Virus record (IMG/VR): IMGVR_UViG_3300032116_000108
Location: 1-64,000 of that record
Reading direction: 5' to 3' (one strand)
DNA: 64,000 nt
From: a virus
Shown: piece after piece, positions 57,284 to 64,000 of the stretch
How the letters are laid out: each line of letters opens with the position of its first letter
Numbering within the stretch: position 1 is the first letter of the stretch
Notes under the pieces: generated by a model
Seen by the model: only the letters and a program-made list of their open reading frames with translations
What the model was told of the DNA's origin: nothing
The model's database searches: none
Made by a program: the position numbers and the translations under genes

Positions 57284-58039
57284 TTATTCAAAGAAAGGCC
57301 GAAAAAACTCCACCCCAAACGTAACATTCACAGTAACGTTTTCTCCTGACGGGGCTTGAACTTCTCTTACAAGGTTTAATTTAGGTTGGCATTCTTCCAT
57401 GAATCTTCTTAAACTTTTAGAATCAGATATTGGTAAATTTATAATAATTGATCCAATAAACCCCTTATCTTTATTTCCGTCAATATCTACTATTTGTGTT
57501 TCAAGTTTTTTTGTTACAACAGGTGCAATCATTCCTTTAGGGTATTTAGCTGTAAGATTGTCGATTTCTGTTTCTTCTCTCATATTTAACACCTTAAATC
57601 TTACCTTTTTTTGTGTTTTCGGTAATGTGTATATAAAAAGTCCATCTTCATCTGGAATATGTTTTAATTCTTGCATATCAACACTATCTAATATAATAGT
57701 AGTTTCAAATTCTATTTTAGTTTTAGGGTCCATTAGTTTAAACCTATAGTCGGGACCGAAAGCGGTATTTCTTAAAAATAATAGTATTGCTTGAACATCT
57801 CCAGGTAATAATAGTTCAACATCAAACCCATGTTCATAAATTTTATTTCTTAAAAGAGTTTTAATTAATTCAGCACCTGTCATGTTTTGAGACATAAGAA
57901 GGTTTTCATCTTGTGCGGTCAGATAACCAATTTTTAAAGATTCTTTTTTTGGTTTGTAAAAAATACCTCTTGATGGTAATTTAATTACGTCATGTGGTAA
58001 GTTAAAATTTTCTTGACCATATTTTAAAGCGTCGTCCAT
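57284..58039 (-). CDS. baseplate-hub / tail assembly chaperone (T4 gp26-like)
   Basis: IKLPSRG.FY, YLTAQDENLL, LLPGD..AILLFLRNTAFG..Y, YTLPKT, C-terminal FGVEFF; located between tube and tape measure. Confidence 0.75.
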   Translation of the reverse strand: MDDALKYGQENFNLPHDVIKLPSRGIFYKPKKESLKIGYLTAQDENLLMSQNMTGAELIKTLLRNKIYEHGFDVELLLPGDVQAILLFLRNTAFGPDYRFKLMDPKTKIEFETTIILDSVDMQELKHIPDEDGLFIYTLPKTQKKVRFKVLNMREETEIDNLTAKYPKGMIAPVVTKKLETQIVDIDGNKDKGFIGSIIINLPISDSKSLRRFMEECQPKLNLVREVQAPSGENVTVNVTFGVEFFRPFFE

Positions 58040-58053
58040 AGTTTTTTATTAAA

Positions 58054-58081
58054 AAAATAAAACAATCAAACTGTTTGTAAA
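58054..58081 (-). promoter_or_regulatory. possible sigma70-like promoter TTTACA-N16-TATTTT for the chaperone
   Basis: Directly follows the terminator U tract, the same layout as at 41627-41681. Confidence 0.4.
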
Positions 58082-58082
58082 T

Positions 58083-58109
58083 AAAAAACCTCACTTTGTT
58101 AGTGAGGTT
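58083..58109 (-). terminator. intrinsic terminator after the tail tube gene
   Basis: AACCTCACT-AACAA-AGTGAGGTT followed by TTTT. Confidence 0.8.
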
Positions 58110-58133
58110 CATTATAAAATATTTAAAAGTTAA

Positions 58134-58622
58134 TTAATATACTAAAATACATCTGTCAGGTTGTAATTTCATATCAACTCCCATGATATCATCTCCACCG
58201 TAGTTTAGTGAACCAAAGTTTACGCTTGTAATTAAACAACCTTGTAGAATCCACTTTTCAACCGCCACACCTGTTGGGTCTAACAATTCTAAGTCAAGAT
58301 CTTTTTTATAACCGGCAGCATATCCCATACGACCCGTTACTGATTCTGCATGTAATCTAACCCATTCCATTGCCGCTTGTGCTGCCGAAGGTCCGATTGG
58401 GTCTCTTAATTTAACACCAATCTCACCCCATGAAAAGTTACTTGAAACGTAAGTTTGTGTGTTTAAGAATTTTATTTCTTTTTTTCCAATTGTTATTTGA
58501 GGTCTATTGGTAGTTTCAACATACCAAGAATTAATCCCCAAAGAAGATGGGAAAGTCAATATAAACCTATTTGCTCTTTTAGGTTCATACTGAAAAGGCA
58601 TTCTCATTAATAAATCAGCCAT
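58134..58622 (-). CDS. tail tube protein (T4 gp19-like)
   Basis: YEPKRANRF, RPQIT, W..I...L.DPI.PS, EWV, YKKD..L..LDPTG..VEKW.L.G; downstream of the sheath gene. Confidence 0.85.
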   Translation of the reverse strand: MADLLMRMPFQYEPKRANRFILTFPSSLGINSWYVETTNRPQITIGKKEIKFLNTQTYVSSNFSWGEIGVKLRDPIGPSAAQAAMEWVRLHAESVTGRMGYAAGYKKDLDLELLDPTGVAVEKWILQGCLITSVNFGSLNYGGDDIMGVDMKLQPDRCILVY

Positions 58623-58728
58623 AGTTATTAGTTTAAATTGTTTTTATTTTTTATTATAAATATTAGTTCGTTATTTTTTTTCTATTTACTTTAAATTATT
58701 TTTCAAATATTCTCTATATATAGAATTA

Positions 58729-59682
58729 CTAATCATATTTAGTTTTAGTTCCTCCTTTAGTTAAATATAAATTAACTGGACTTTTTTCATATTCTTTTTT
58801 CAAAAATTCAGAAGATGCTTGAATATTTCTTGGATCATCATCTGAAAAACCAATTGAAACGTTTCTAGAAACAAACTCTTCTATGTCTTGTGTTGGTTCG
58901 TTCATATTAACATCATTTTTAAATTTTGGAGAAATGTCTTCTAATTTTTTATTTGGGTTTTTATTTAAAATGTCTTGTACCAAATCTCTTGCTTGTTGTT
59001 TACAATAAATTATAAATTTTTGAAGTGCTTTATTTTTTTCTTCTTCAGGTGATGCTGCGCTGCCGGCACCAAAAGAAACTGGATGAAATTTACACATATC
59101 TAAGTAATCCATAATAAGTTCTTTATCATCATACTTTAAGTCTCTTACAGTTTCGAACATTCCTTGAGTTTGTAACCCCCTATATTTTTTTAGGTTCTCC
59201 ACTAAAACTTTAGAATTTATACCCAAATGATTTGATATAATATAATTTAAAACCGCCTCTTTTAATGTTTCAGGATTATGTCCTCTTGCTGTTATAATTG
59301 CAAAAATTGACCCCCCATTAATACATTCCACAAAGTCATTCCATGATGGTCCTGGACTTGCAATCATCGAGTCGATTATAAATCTTTTATCCCCTTCTGT
59401 TCTAAAATTTCTAAAGGGATTATTTGCATAACCAACAACAGTAGTTCCTTTATAATTAAAAGGTTCAACACCTATTTGGTGTCTGTGTTCAGCAAAATCT
59501 TCGGTTGACAGTCCAATCTCATCCTCATTTTCTGTTAAAACAATAATTTTAGTTGGCATAAATGCAATATTATCATCCCAATCAAACGCATAATAATTTA
59601 AATCTGGTCTCCCTTCTTCAGTAATACCTTCATTTAATCTTCGTTTATTAATCTCTCTATATATGTGTTTTCTAATATTCAT
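58729..59682 (-). CDS. HAD-superfamily-like protein
   Basis: Motif I YAFDWDDN, motif II IITARGH, Lys in EEEKNKA, motif IV GFSDDD..N. Confidence 0.6.
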   Translation of the reverse strand: MNIRKHIYREINKRRLNEGITEEGRPDLNYYAFDWDDNIAFMPTKIIVLTENEDEIGLSTEDFAEHRHQIGVEPFNYKGTTVVGYANNPFRNFRTEGDKRFIIDSMIASPGPSWNDFVECINGGSIFAIITARGHNPETLKEAVLNYIISNHLGINSKVLVENLKKYRGLQTQGMFETVRDLKYDDKELIMDYLDMCKFHPVSFGAGSAASPEEEKNKALQKFIIYCKQQARDLVQDILNKNPNKKLEDISPKFKNDVNMNEPTQDIEEFVSRNVSIGFSDDDPRNIQASSEFLKKEYEKSPVNLYLTKGGTKTKYD

Positions 59683-59819
59683 TATTTTTTTACAATCAAA
59701 AGAAGTTTCTGAAGTTGTTCTTCAGTTATAATAATATTTTGTTTTTTTGATGAAAAAGTTTTTTCAGATCTTGAAAAATCATTAACAGTTTCTTTGATAA
59801 TTTTCTTTTCTATTTTCAT
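59682..59819 (-). CDS. 45-aa late protein
   Basis: Probable start MKIEKK at 59819 after the motif at 59831-59838; ends KQNIIITEEQLQKLL... Confidence 0.5.
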   Translation of the reverse strand: MKIEKKIIKETVNDFSRSEKTFSSKKQNIIITEEQLQKLLLIVKK

Positions 59820-59842
59820 ATACTTTTTTTTATAAATATATA

Positions 59843-59868
59843 AATGGGGAATATTTCTATCCCCCATT
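59843..59868 (-). terminator. hairpin after the sheath gene (terminator or mRNA stabiliser)
   Basis: AATGGGG...CCCCATT stem with a weak U tract. Confidence 0.45.
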
Positions 59869-59882
59869 AAATTTATTTTCTT

Positions 59883-62800
59883 TTATACGTCATCGAACGA
59901 TGCTCCTGTTGGTGTGATAACAAACTCTATGTCTATGTATTCTAACGCTCTTGTTGGTTTCAAGAAGATTTTACCCGTTAAAGTATTTGAATCCAAATCT
60001 TCAGGAGTATTAGAAACAGTAACTCTAAAGTCAATTAAACCTCTATCTCTTCTGATTGAATCCAAGATTGGGTTAACCGCATCTAAGAAATCTTGTCTCA
60101 CTTTGTCGTCATTTTGTTCAAATAACAATCTAACCGCAACCGCTGAAATTAACTTTCTTGCTTGTAGTAACAATCTTCTAACGTTAATTCTATCTAAAGC
60201 GGATTCTCTAATTTGTAAAGTTTTATTACCCCAAATAACCGTACCAACATCAGAGAAAGTAGCTATTGGATTAATTCTTCCTTTATATAGTGTATCTCTA
60301 TCTTCTTGAGTTAGTTTCTTTCTTGCTTTAATAGAGTTAACCAAACCTCTTGTGTAACCAGCCGATGCGAACCAAGGGAATGCAATATTATCGGTTAATG
60401 CTAAGTTTTTAGTTACCTCACCTGTTGGTGGAAGATAAATTTGAGTATTATTTACAGAATCTCTTGTCAAAATCCACGGATAGTAAGTTGCTGTGTAATT
60501 TGAATCAATTCCTGTATTCTCTAAATTATCTACCACTTCTTGTGGATAAATTAATCCTTCCGTTAAGTCACTGTATGAAGGTAAGAAAAGATTAAAGTCA
60601 GGTGTTGTACAAATGTAAATTGAGTCAGCCCTATCAGTTTCAACAACATCTATAGCGTTTTCAACAAGATTTGAATTATTAACATAATCAATTCCTGGTG
60701 TAACAAAAACGTTAATGTTAGTTGCTTCAGGATTTGCAAATGATGTTTGACCCCATAGATATGCATAATAGTCAGTATTTGCCCACACTTCTTGGTTAGG
60801 TCCTGTAATTTGTTTAAATGCCCCCCATCCTGTTGCTGTTGGGTATGTGGCAGACGCCGCAGCACCTTTTTTATAACCTGATTGACCTAATTGGAATCTA
60901 TCGGTATTGGTTCTACTTTCTCTGTATATATCCCAACCATCAAAACCGCCAGCGGCTAATAATGTAAATTTACGAGTATTTAATCTAAAATATGCATTAT
61001 CTGAATCCGTAGGTTCAGAGTTGAAAGAAGAAACCCCAACCTCAAAAGCCGAAGTATTAGCAGACATAAGTACATCAAACATAGTAACTATAGTTGCTCC
61101 ACTATCCATGTGGAAACCTTTTGTCTTGTAACCCCATTCTGATCCTGTAGTATCTACCGCAATATTTGAAGGTAATTGTTTTCCTTTATAATTAAAGAAG
61201 TCATAATCTATTCCTGTAATATTAGATATACCTAAATAAGCCCTTCTTGGATTTTCTCCATTTGAGATTACTGGATTATCTCCGCCCGCTGATGAACCAA
61301 ATGGTGGGTTATATATTACTTCACCAGGTGTTAAGTATTTAGTTTTATAAATAACAAAAGGAGGGGTTGCAGTTTGGTATTGTCTAGAAATATAACCCTC
61401 AAATCCACAAGGTAATGCATCGGTTGGGTACTCTTCACTTAACTCAACCATTATGTATTTAGAATTTAGTTGGTATTCTCCATTTGCGGTACCAACTTTG
61501 TTTGCCACAAAATTATTAAGATTAGGATCCATTGAACAATTTGTGAAACTTTCAATTACTCTAACGTTTTGATCATTATCATAAAAGTCTCTTACAAAAA
61601 TATCAAACGTTCCATTATTAAATGAAATATTCCCAATAGAAATCTTAACAAGTCTGTTAGAGGCATCTCCATCTGAAATAAGTTTGAATTTAAATAATTT
61701 ATAAACTTTGTTACCTCTTAATTCAGAAACAACAAATGGAGTTTCAGGTGTTTGGTATTGTTCTAAATAAAAACCTAAAGTGTCGTTATCTCCACTTCTT
61801 GCATCATCAATAGCGATAAAGTCACAATACAAACCTCTAACTTTACCGGCCCTATAACCTGATGTTAATAGACTACTGTAAGATTCCTCAACAAATAAAG
61901 GAACCTCATTTCTATCTTTAGCAAAATTAGACCTACCAAATATTTTAGAAATATATCTACTATCTGTTGAAAGGAGTGAAGTTTCAAAACTAAAAGTGTC
62001 ACTATCTTTTGTAATACCTGAAATAACAAATGTACCGTATGGGTCTTTAGTAATTCCTGAATAATTTCCTGAACATACCATAATTGCGTCACTTGTACCA
62101 CTAACTTCATAAACAGGACCATCATCTGTTGAATATGTTGATATACCTCTTGATCTTAAAGTTGCAACTACTAAATCGTCATAATCAGAATATGGTGTAC
62201 CTGAATAGAATGTTGCATATAATTTACAAGTACCTGTAAATTGTGAGGTAGTTGCGCCTGTGCCAATAGCATCAAGAGCAGCACCAAAACCAAAACCATA
62301 ATAACTTCCAACACTATTAGTTTTAGTATAATCAAATAATGAGTAATACCAAGGGTCGTTAACGTCCGAACTTAAATCTGCATTTGCTAAAATTACATTA
62401 TCAACACCAAAAGTTTCAGTTGTTGCAGAAACAGGAACTCCAAATAATGTAGTACCGGTTACTTGGTTAAACGTTCCTCCACTTACTGTTCCCCAAAATA
62501 CTGCGTTACCTACTGTTGCTCCACTACCACCACTTGCAAAATTATTAATTTTATTTGATAAGAAATTTATAAAATCTTGATTTAATGATGAAGTACCTCC
62601 ATTAAATGTTGTATAGTTGTTATAAAATATTGATGATAACAATGATGACGGGTTAGTTACTGTAACATTTGCACTTGAACCTGTTGTACCTGTGAAAGTT
62701 AATGTGTATGATGTGCTAACACCTGTTGCCGCTATTGTTGATGTATCGGGGTTTCCTATCGTTGTAATAGACCAAGATGGTCCCGCATCATAACCCGATA

Positions 62801-63095
62801 AACCAAGAACTCTTGTTACAAAAAGTTGGTTAGATTGTTGCAAATAAGATTTTGCAATATAAGATGTTTCATATTTAGGAATTTGAGTATTAACAAATTT
62901 TTCAGGGCTTGTGCCACCGAAATAAACTTGATACTCGTCAAAACTTGTAATGAAGATTGGTTCAAATGCCGGACCTTGTAGTGTTTCACCTACAATACCT
63001 AATGTTGTTACACCGACACTTTGAGCCACAAAAGTTAAATCTCTTTCTGATGTATAAACACCTGGAGATACAAATACTTTGTTAGTTGAAGCCAT
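59883..63095 (-). CDS. contractile tail sheath protein (T4 gp18-like)
   Basis: FVSPGVYTSERD, G...QGPAFEP, TRVLG, YTATYYPW, PWFASAGYTRG, INPI, WGNKTL, RINVRRLL, PTRALEYI.IEF. Confidence 0.95.
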   Translation of the reverse strand: MASTNKVFVSPGVYTSERDLTFVAQSVGVTTLGIVGETLQGPAFEPIFITSFDEYQVYFGGTSPEKFVNTQIPKYETSYIAKSYLQQSNQLFVTRVLGLSGYDAGPSWSITTIGNPDTSTIAATGVSTSYTLTFTGTTGSSANVTVTNPSSLLSSIFYNNYTTFNGGTSSLNQDFINFLSNKINNFASGGSGATVGNAVFWGTVSGGTFNQVTGTTLFGVPVSATTETFGVDNVILANADLSSDVNDPWYYSLFDYTKTNSVGSYYGFGFGAALDAIGTGATTSQFTGTCKLYATFYSGTPYSDYDDLVVATLRSRGISTYSTDDGPVYEVSGTSDAIMVCSGNYSGITKDPYGTFVISGITKDSDTFSFETSLLSTDSRYISKIFGRSNFAKDRNEVPLFVEESYSSLLTSGYRAGKVRGLYCDFIAIDDARSGDNDTLGFYLEQYQTPETPFVVSELRGNKVYKLFKFKLISDGDASNRLVKISIGNISFNNGTFDIFVRDFYDNDQNVRVIESFTNCSMDPNLNNFVANKVGTANGEYQLNSKYIMVELSEEYPTDALPCGFEGYISRQYQTATPPFVIYKTKYLTPGEVIYNPPFGSSAGGDNPVISNGENPRRAYLGISNITGIDYDFFNYKGKQLPSNIAVDTTGSEWGYKTKGFHMDSGATIVTMFDVLMSANTSAFEVGVSSFNSEPTDSDNAYFRLNTRKFTLLAAGGFDGWDIYRESRTNTDRFQLGQSGYKKGAAASATYPTATGWGAFKQITGPNQEVWANTDYYAYLWGQTSFANPEATNINVFVTPGIDYVNNSNLVENAIDVVETDRADSIYICTTPDFNLFLPSYSDLTEGLIYPQEVVDNLENTGIDSNYTATYYPWILTRDSVNNTQIYLPPTGEVTKNLALTDNIAFPWFASAGYTRGLVNSIKARKKLTQEDRDTLYKGRINPIATFSDVGTVIWGNKTLQIRESALDRINVRRLLLQARKLISAVAVRLLFEQNDDKVRQDFLDAVNPILDSIRRDRGLIDFRVTVSNTPEDLDSNTLTGKIFLKPTRALEYIDIEFVITPTGASFDDV

Positions 63096-63184
63096 TATTT
63101 TACTGTATTTTTAAATTTATTTTTTTATATAAATACAATCATTTAAAGCAAAAAACACTTATAAAATGTAATTATTTAAGATGT

Positions 63185-63213
63185 GGCAGAAATAATTCTA
63201 CCTTTTTTCTGCC
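63185..63213. promoter_or_regulatory. inverted repeat GGCAGAAA-N13-TTTCTGCC in the divergent sheath/small-ORF intergenic region
   Basis: GC-containing 8-bp arms in otherwise very AT-rich DNA. Confidence 0.45.
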
Positions 63214-63231
63214 CTAATTATTTACTTTATT

Positions 63232-63387
63232 ATGAAAAAAATTAAAAACATTAAAATTTCAGAAGAATCACATAAACTATTAAAAGAGTATTGTGAAAAA
63301 AAAGGATTTAAAGTATATAAGTTTTTAGAAAACTTAATTATAAAAAATTGCCAAAAAGAAAAAGACATTTACGGTGAAGATTTATAA
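63232..63387 (+). CDS. 51-aa ribbon-helix-helix-like DNA-binding protein; the only credible plus-strand gene
   Basis: Not in the track: MKKIKNIKISEESHKLLKEYCEKKGFKVYKFLENLIIKNCQKEKDIYGEDL. Alternating beta strand, helix, Gly turn, helix. Confidence 0.65.
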   Translation: MKKIKNIKISEESHKLLKEYCEKKGFKVYKFLENLIIKNCQKEKDIYGEDL

Positions 63388-64000
63388 TAATTTTACAACT
63401 GTTTTAATAATAGATTCTTTTGTTATATCTTCTTTATAAACTACAATTTTTAAAACGTCTCCATTATTTACTTGTATTAGTGATAAGTTGTCCCCGTAAA
63501 AATTATTATTAATAAAAACAGAATAACCGTTAGCACAAGAATCAATAGCAGTAATTGTACCACCACTTGTGTTTGAAAAGTATGGTTGTGTTGATGATTT
63601 TACGCAAACAGTACCATAATTTCCAGATACTGTTGGTAGGGTAATGGTTGTACCTGAACAATTAGTATAGATTAAATTGTTATTTGTTATTGATGAGTAT
63701 TCTGCAGAAAAACAGTTAATAATATTTGTGGCACTATCAACTAAGATATCGGCATCGTACCTCATTACCTCAACCAATTCTGTATTTCCTGAAACAAATA
63801 AAAAATCTAAATCAAAATTATCGGGTCTTGGAGGTTCTATCTTTACTTTTCTACCTCTAGTTCTTGTATCTACTTCAAACATAGAAACTTGTCTAGATAT
63901 TGCAGGGGCAATTGTAAATTCTTCTTCATCTAATAAAAACCCCATAAGTGTTAGTTTATAGGTTTGAATATAATATTTTCTTTTTTCTATATCTTTTGCC
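63382..64000 (-). CDS. neck / tail-completion protein (T4 gp15-like), C-terminal part
   Basis: Frame open to the window edge (AKDIEKRKYYIQTYKLTLMGFLLDEEEF...); lies upstream of the sheath gene. Confidence 0.5.
   Translation of the reverse strand, partial: AKDIEKRKYYIQTYKLTLMGFLLDEEEFTIAPAISRQVSMFEVDTRTRGRKVKIEPPRPDNFDLDFLFVSGNTELVEVMRYDADILVDSATNIINCFSAEYSSITNNNLIYTNCSGTTITLPTVSGNYGTVCVKSSTQPYFSNTSGGTITAIDSCANGYSVFINNNFYGDNLSLIQVNNGDVLKIVVYKEDITKESIIKTVVKLL

Larger units (their letters stand above)
3428..63135 (-). promoter_or_regulatory. dispersed late-type motif, sense TATTTAT(A/T/C), 3-32 nt upstream of start codons
   Basis: Exact TATTTATA at 3428, 7454, 13486, 20786, 42631, 55180, 57134, 58655, 59831 and 63128 (8 bp each). 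Variants at 13789, 30800, 33168, 34298 and 37934. Confidence 0.7.

Noticed and set aside
58623-58728. tRNA or structured ncRNA in the longer intergenic gaps (also 63096-63231)
   Set aside because: Very AT-rich with no cloverleaf or extended stems; explained by promoter motifs.
8274-59867. Longest-ORF starts given in the track for 7476, 9503, 14092, 32702, 33209, 34640, 41688, 42649 and 59682
   Set aside because: These extensions overlap upstream genes or run through promoter or terminator motifs; downstream ATGs fit coupling and motif spacing better.
30857-63095. Extracellular contractile injection system or tailocin instead of a phage
   Set aside because: Tail genes are interleaved with phage replication genes (gp32-like SSB, helicase, primase, RNR) and no cellular housekeeping genes are present.
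3428-63135. Plus-strand TATAAATA as canonical T4 late promoters firing rightwards
   Set aside because: Nearly all would point into the 3' ends of minus-strand genes. Their consistent position just upstream of minus-strand ATGs argues for the opposite orientation.
962-63961. Plus-strand ORFs of 60-160 aa and short nested minus-strand ORFs in the supplied track
   Set aside because: They lie wholly or mostly within long, motif-bearing minus-strand genes and look like antisense or alternate-frame shadows with no recognisable motifs.
1-64000. Stop-codon reassignment as seen in some large phages
   Set aside because: Standard-code ORFs tile the window densely and conserved proteins are full length; TGA serves as a stop in coupled overlaps such as 8270-8273.

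Overview
The window is a gene-dense, AT-rich segment of a large myovirus-type (T4-like, probably jumbo) bacteriophage read in the standard genetic code. Nearly every gene is on the minus strand. In transcription order (right to left) it encodes: a partial neck/tail-completion protein, tail sheath, a HAD-like protein, tail tube, a tail-assembly chaperone pair, a tape-measure-like protein and giant baseplate proteins. A replication operon follows (gp32-like SSB, RecA/UvsX, 5'-3' exonuclease, DnaB-like helicase, class II B12-dependent ribonucleotide reductase). After that come gp25/gp6-like wedge proteins, a long fibre/adhesin region (delta-60 propeller, PKD, SprB repeats, YadA-like SHAEG repeats, LRR, Pro-Thr tracts), a RuvC-like nuclease and a partial primase. 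Lack of Shine-Dalgarno motifs and the SprB-type domains suggest a Bacteroidota host (inference). The best candidate for an undescribed system is phage-encoded O-glycosylation of the virion. A GT60-like polypeptide GlcNAc-transferase and a second GT-A enzyme sit between two duplicated fibre cassettes carrying mucin-like (PT)n tracts. A [S/T]-[G/A]-x-[T/S] tetrapeptide is strongly enriched in probably surface-exposed structural proteins, absent from the tube and tape measure, and rare in the reductase. Other notable signals are a probable +1 frameshift (UUU UUU CGG) in the tail chaperone, two promoter classes (sense TATTTATA; sigma70-like with a fixed 16-nt spacer), and three small ORFs below the track's length cutoff. 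All product calls come from motif recognition by eye, and motif counts are manual and approximate.
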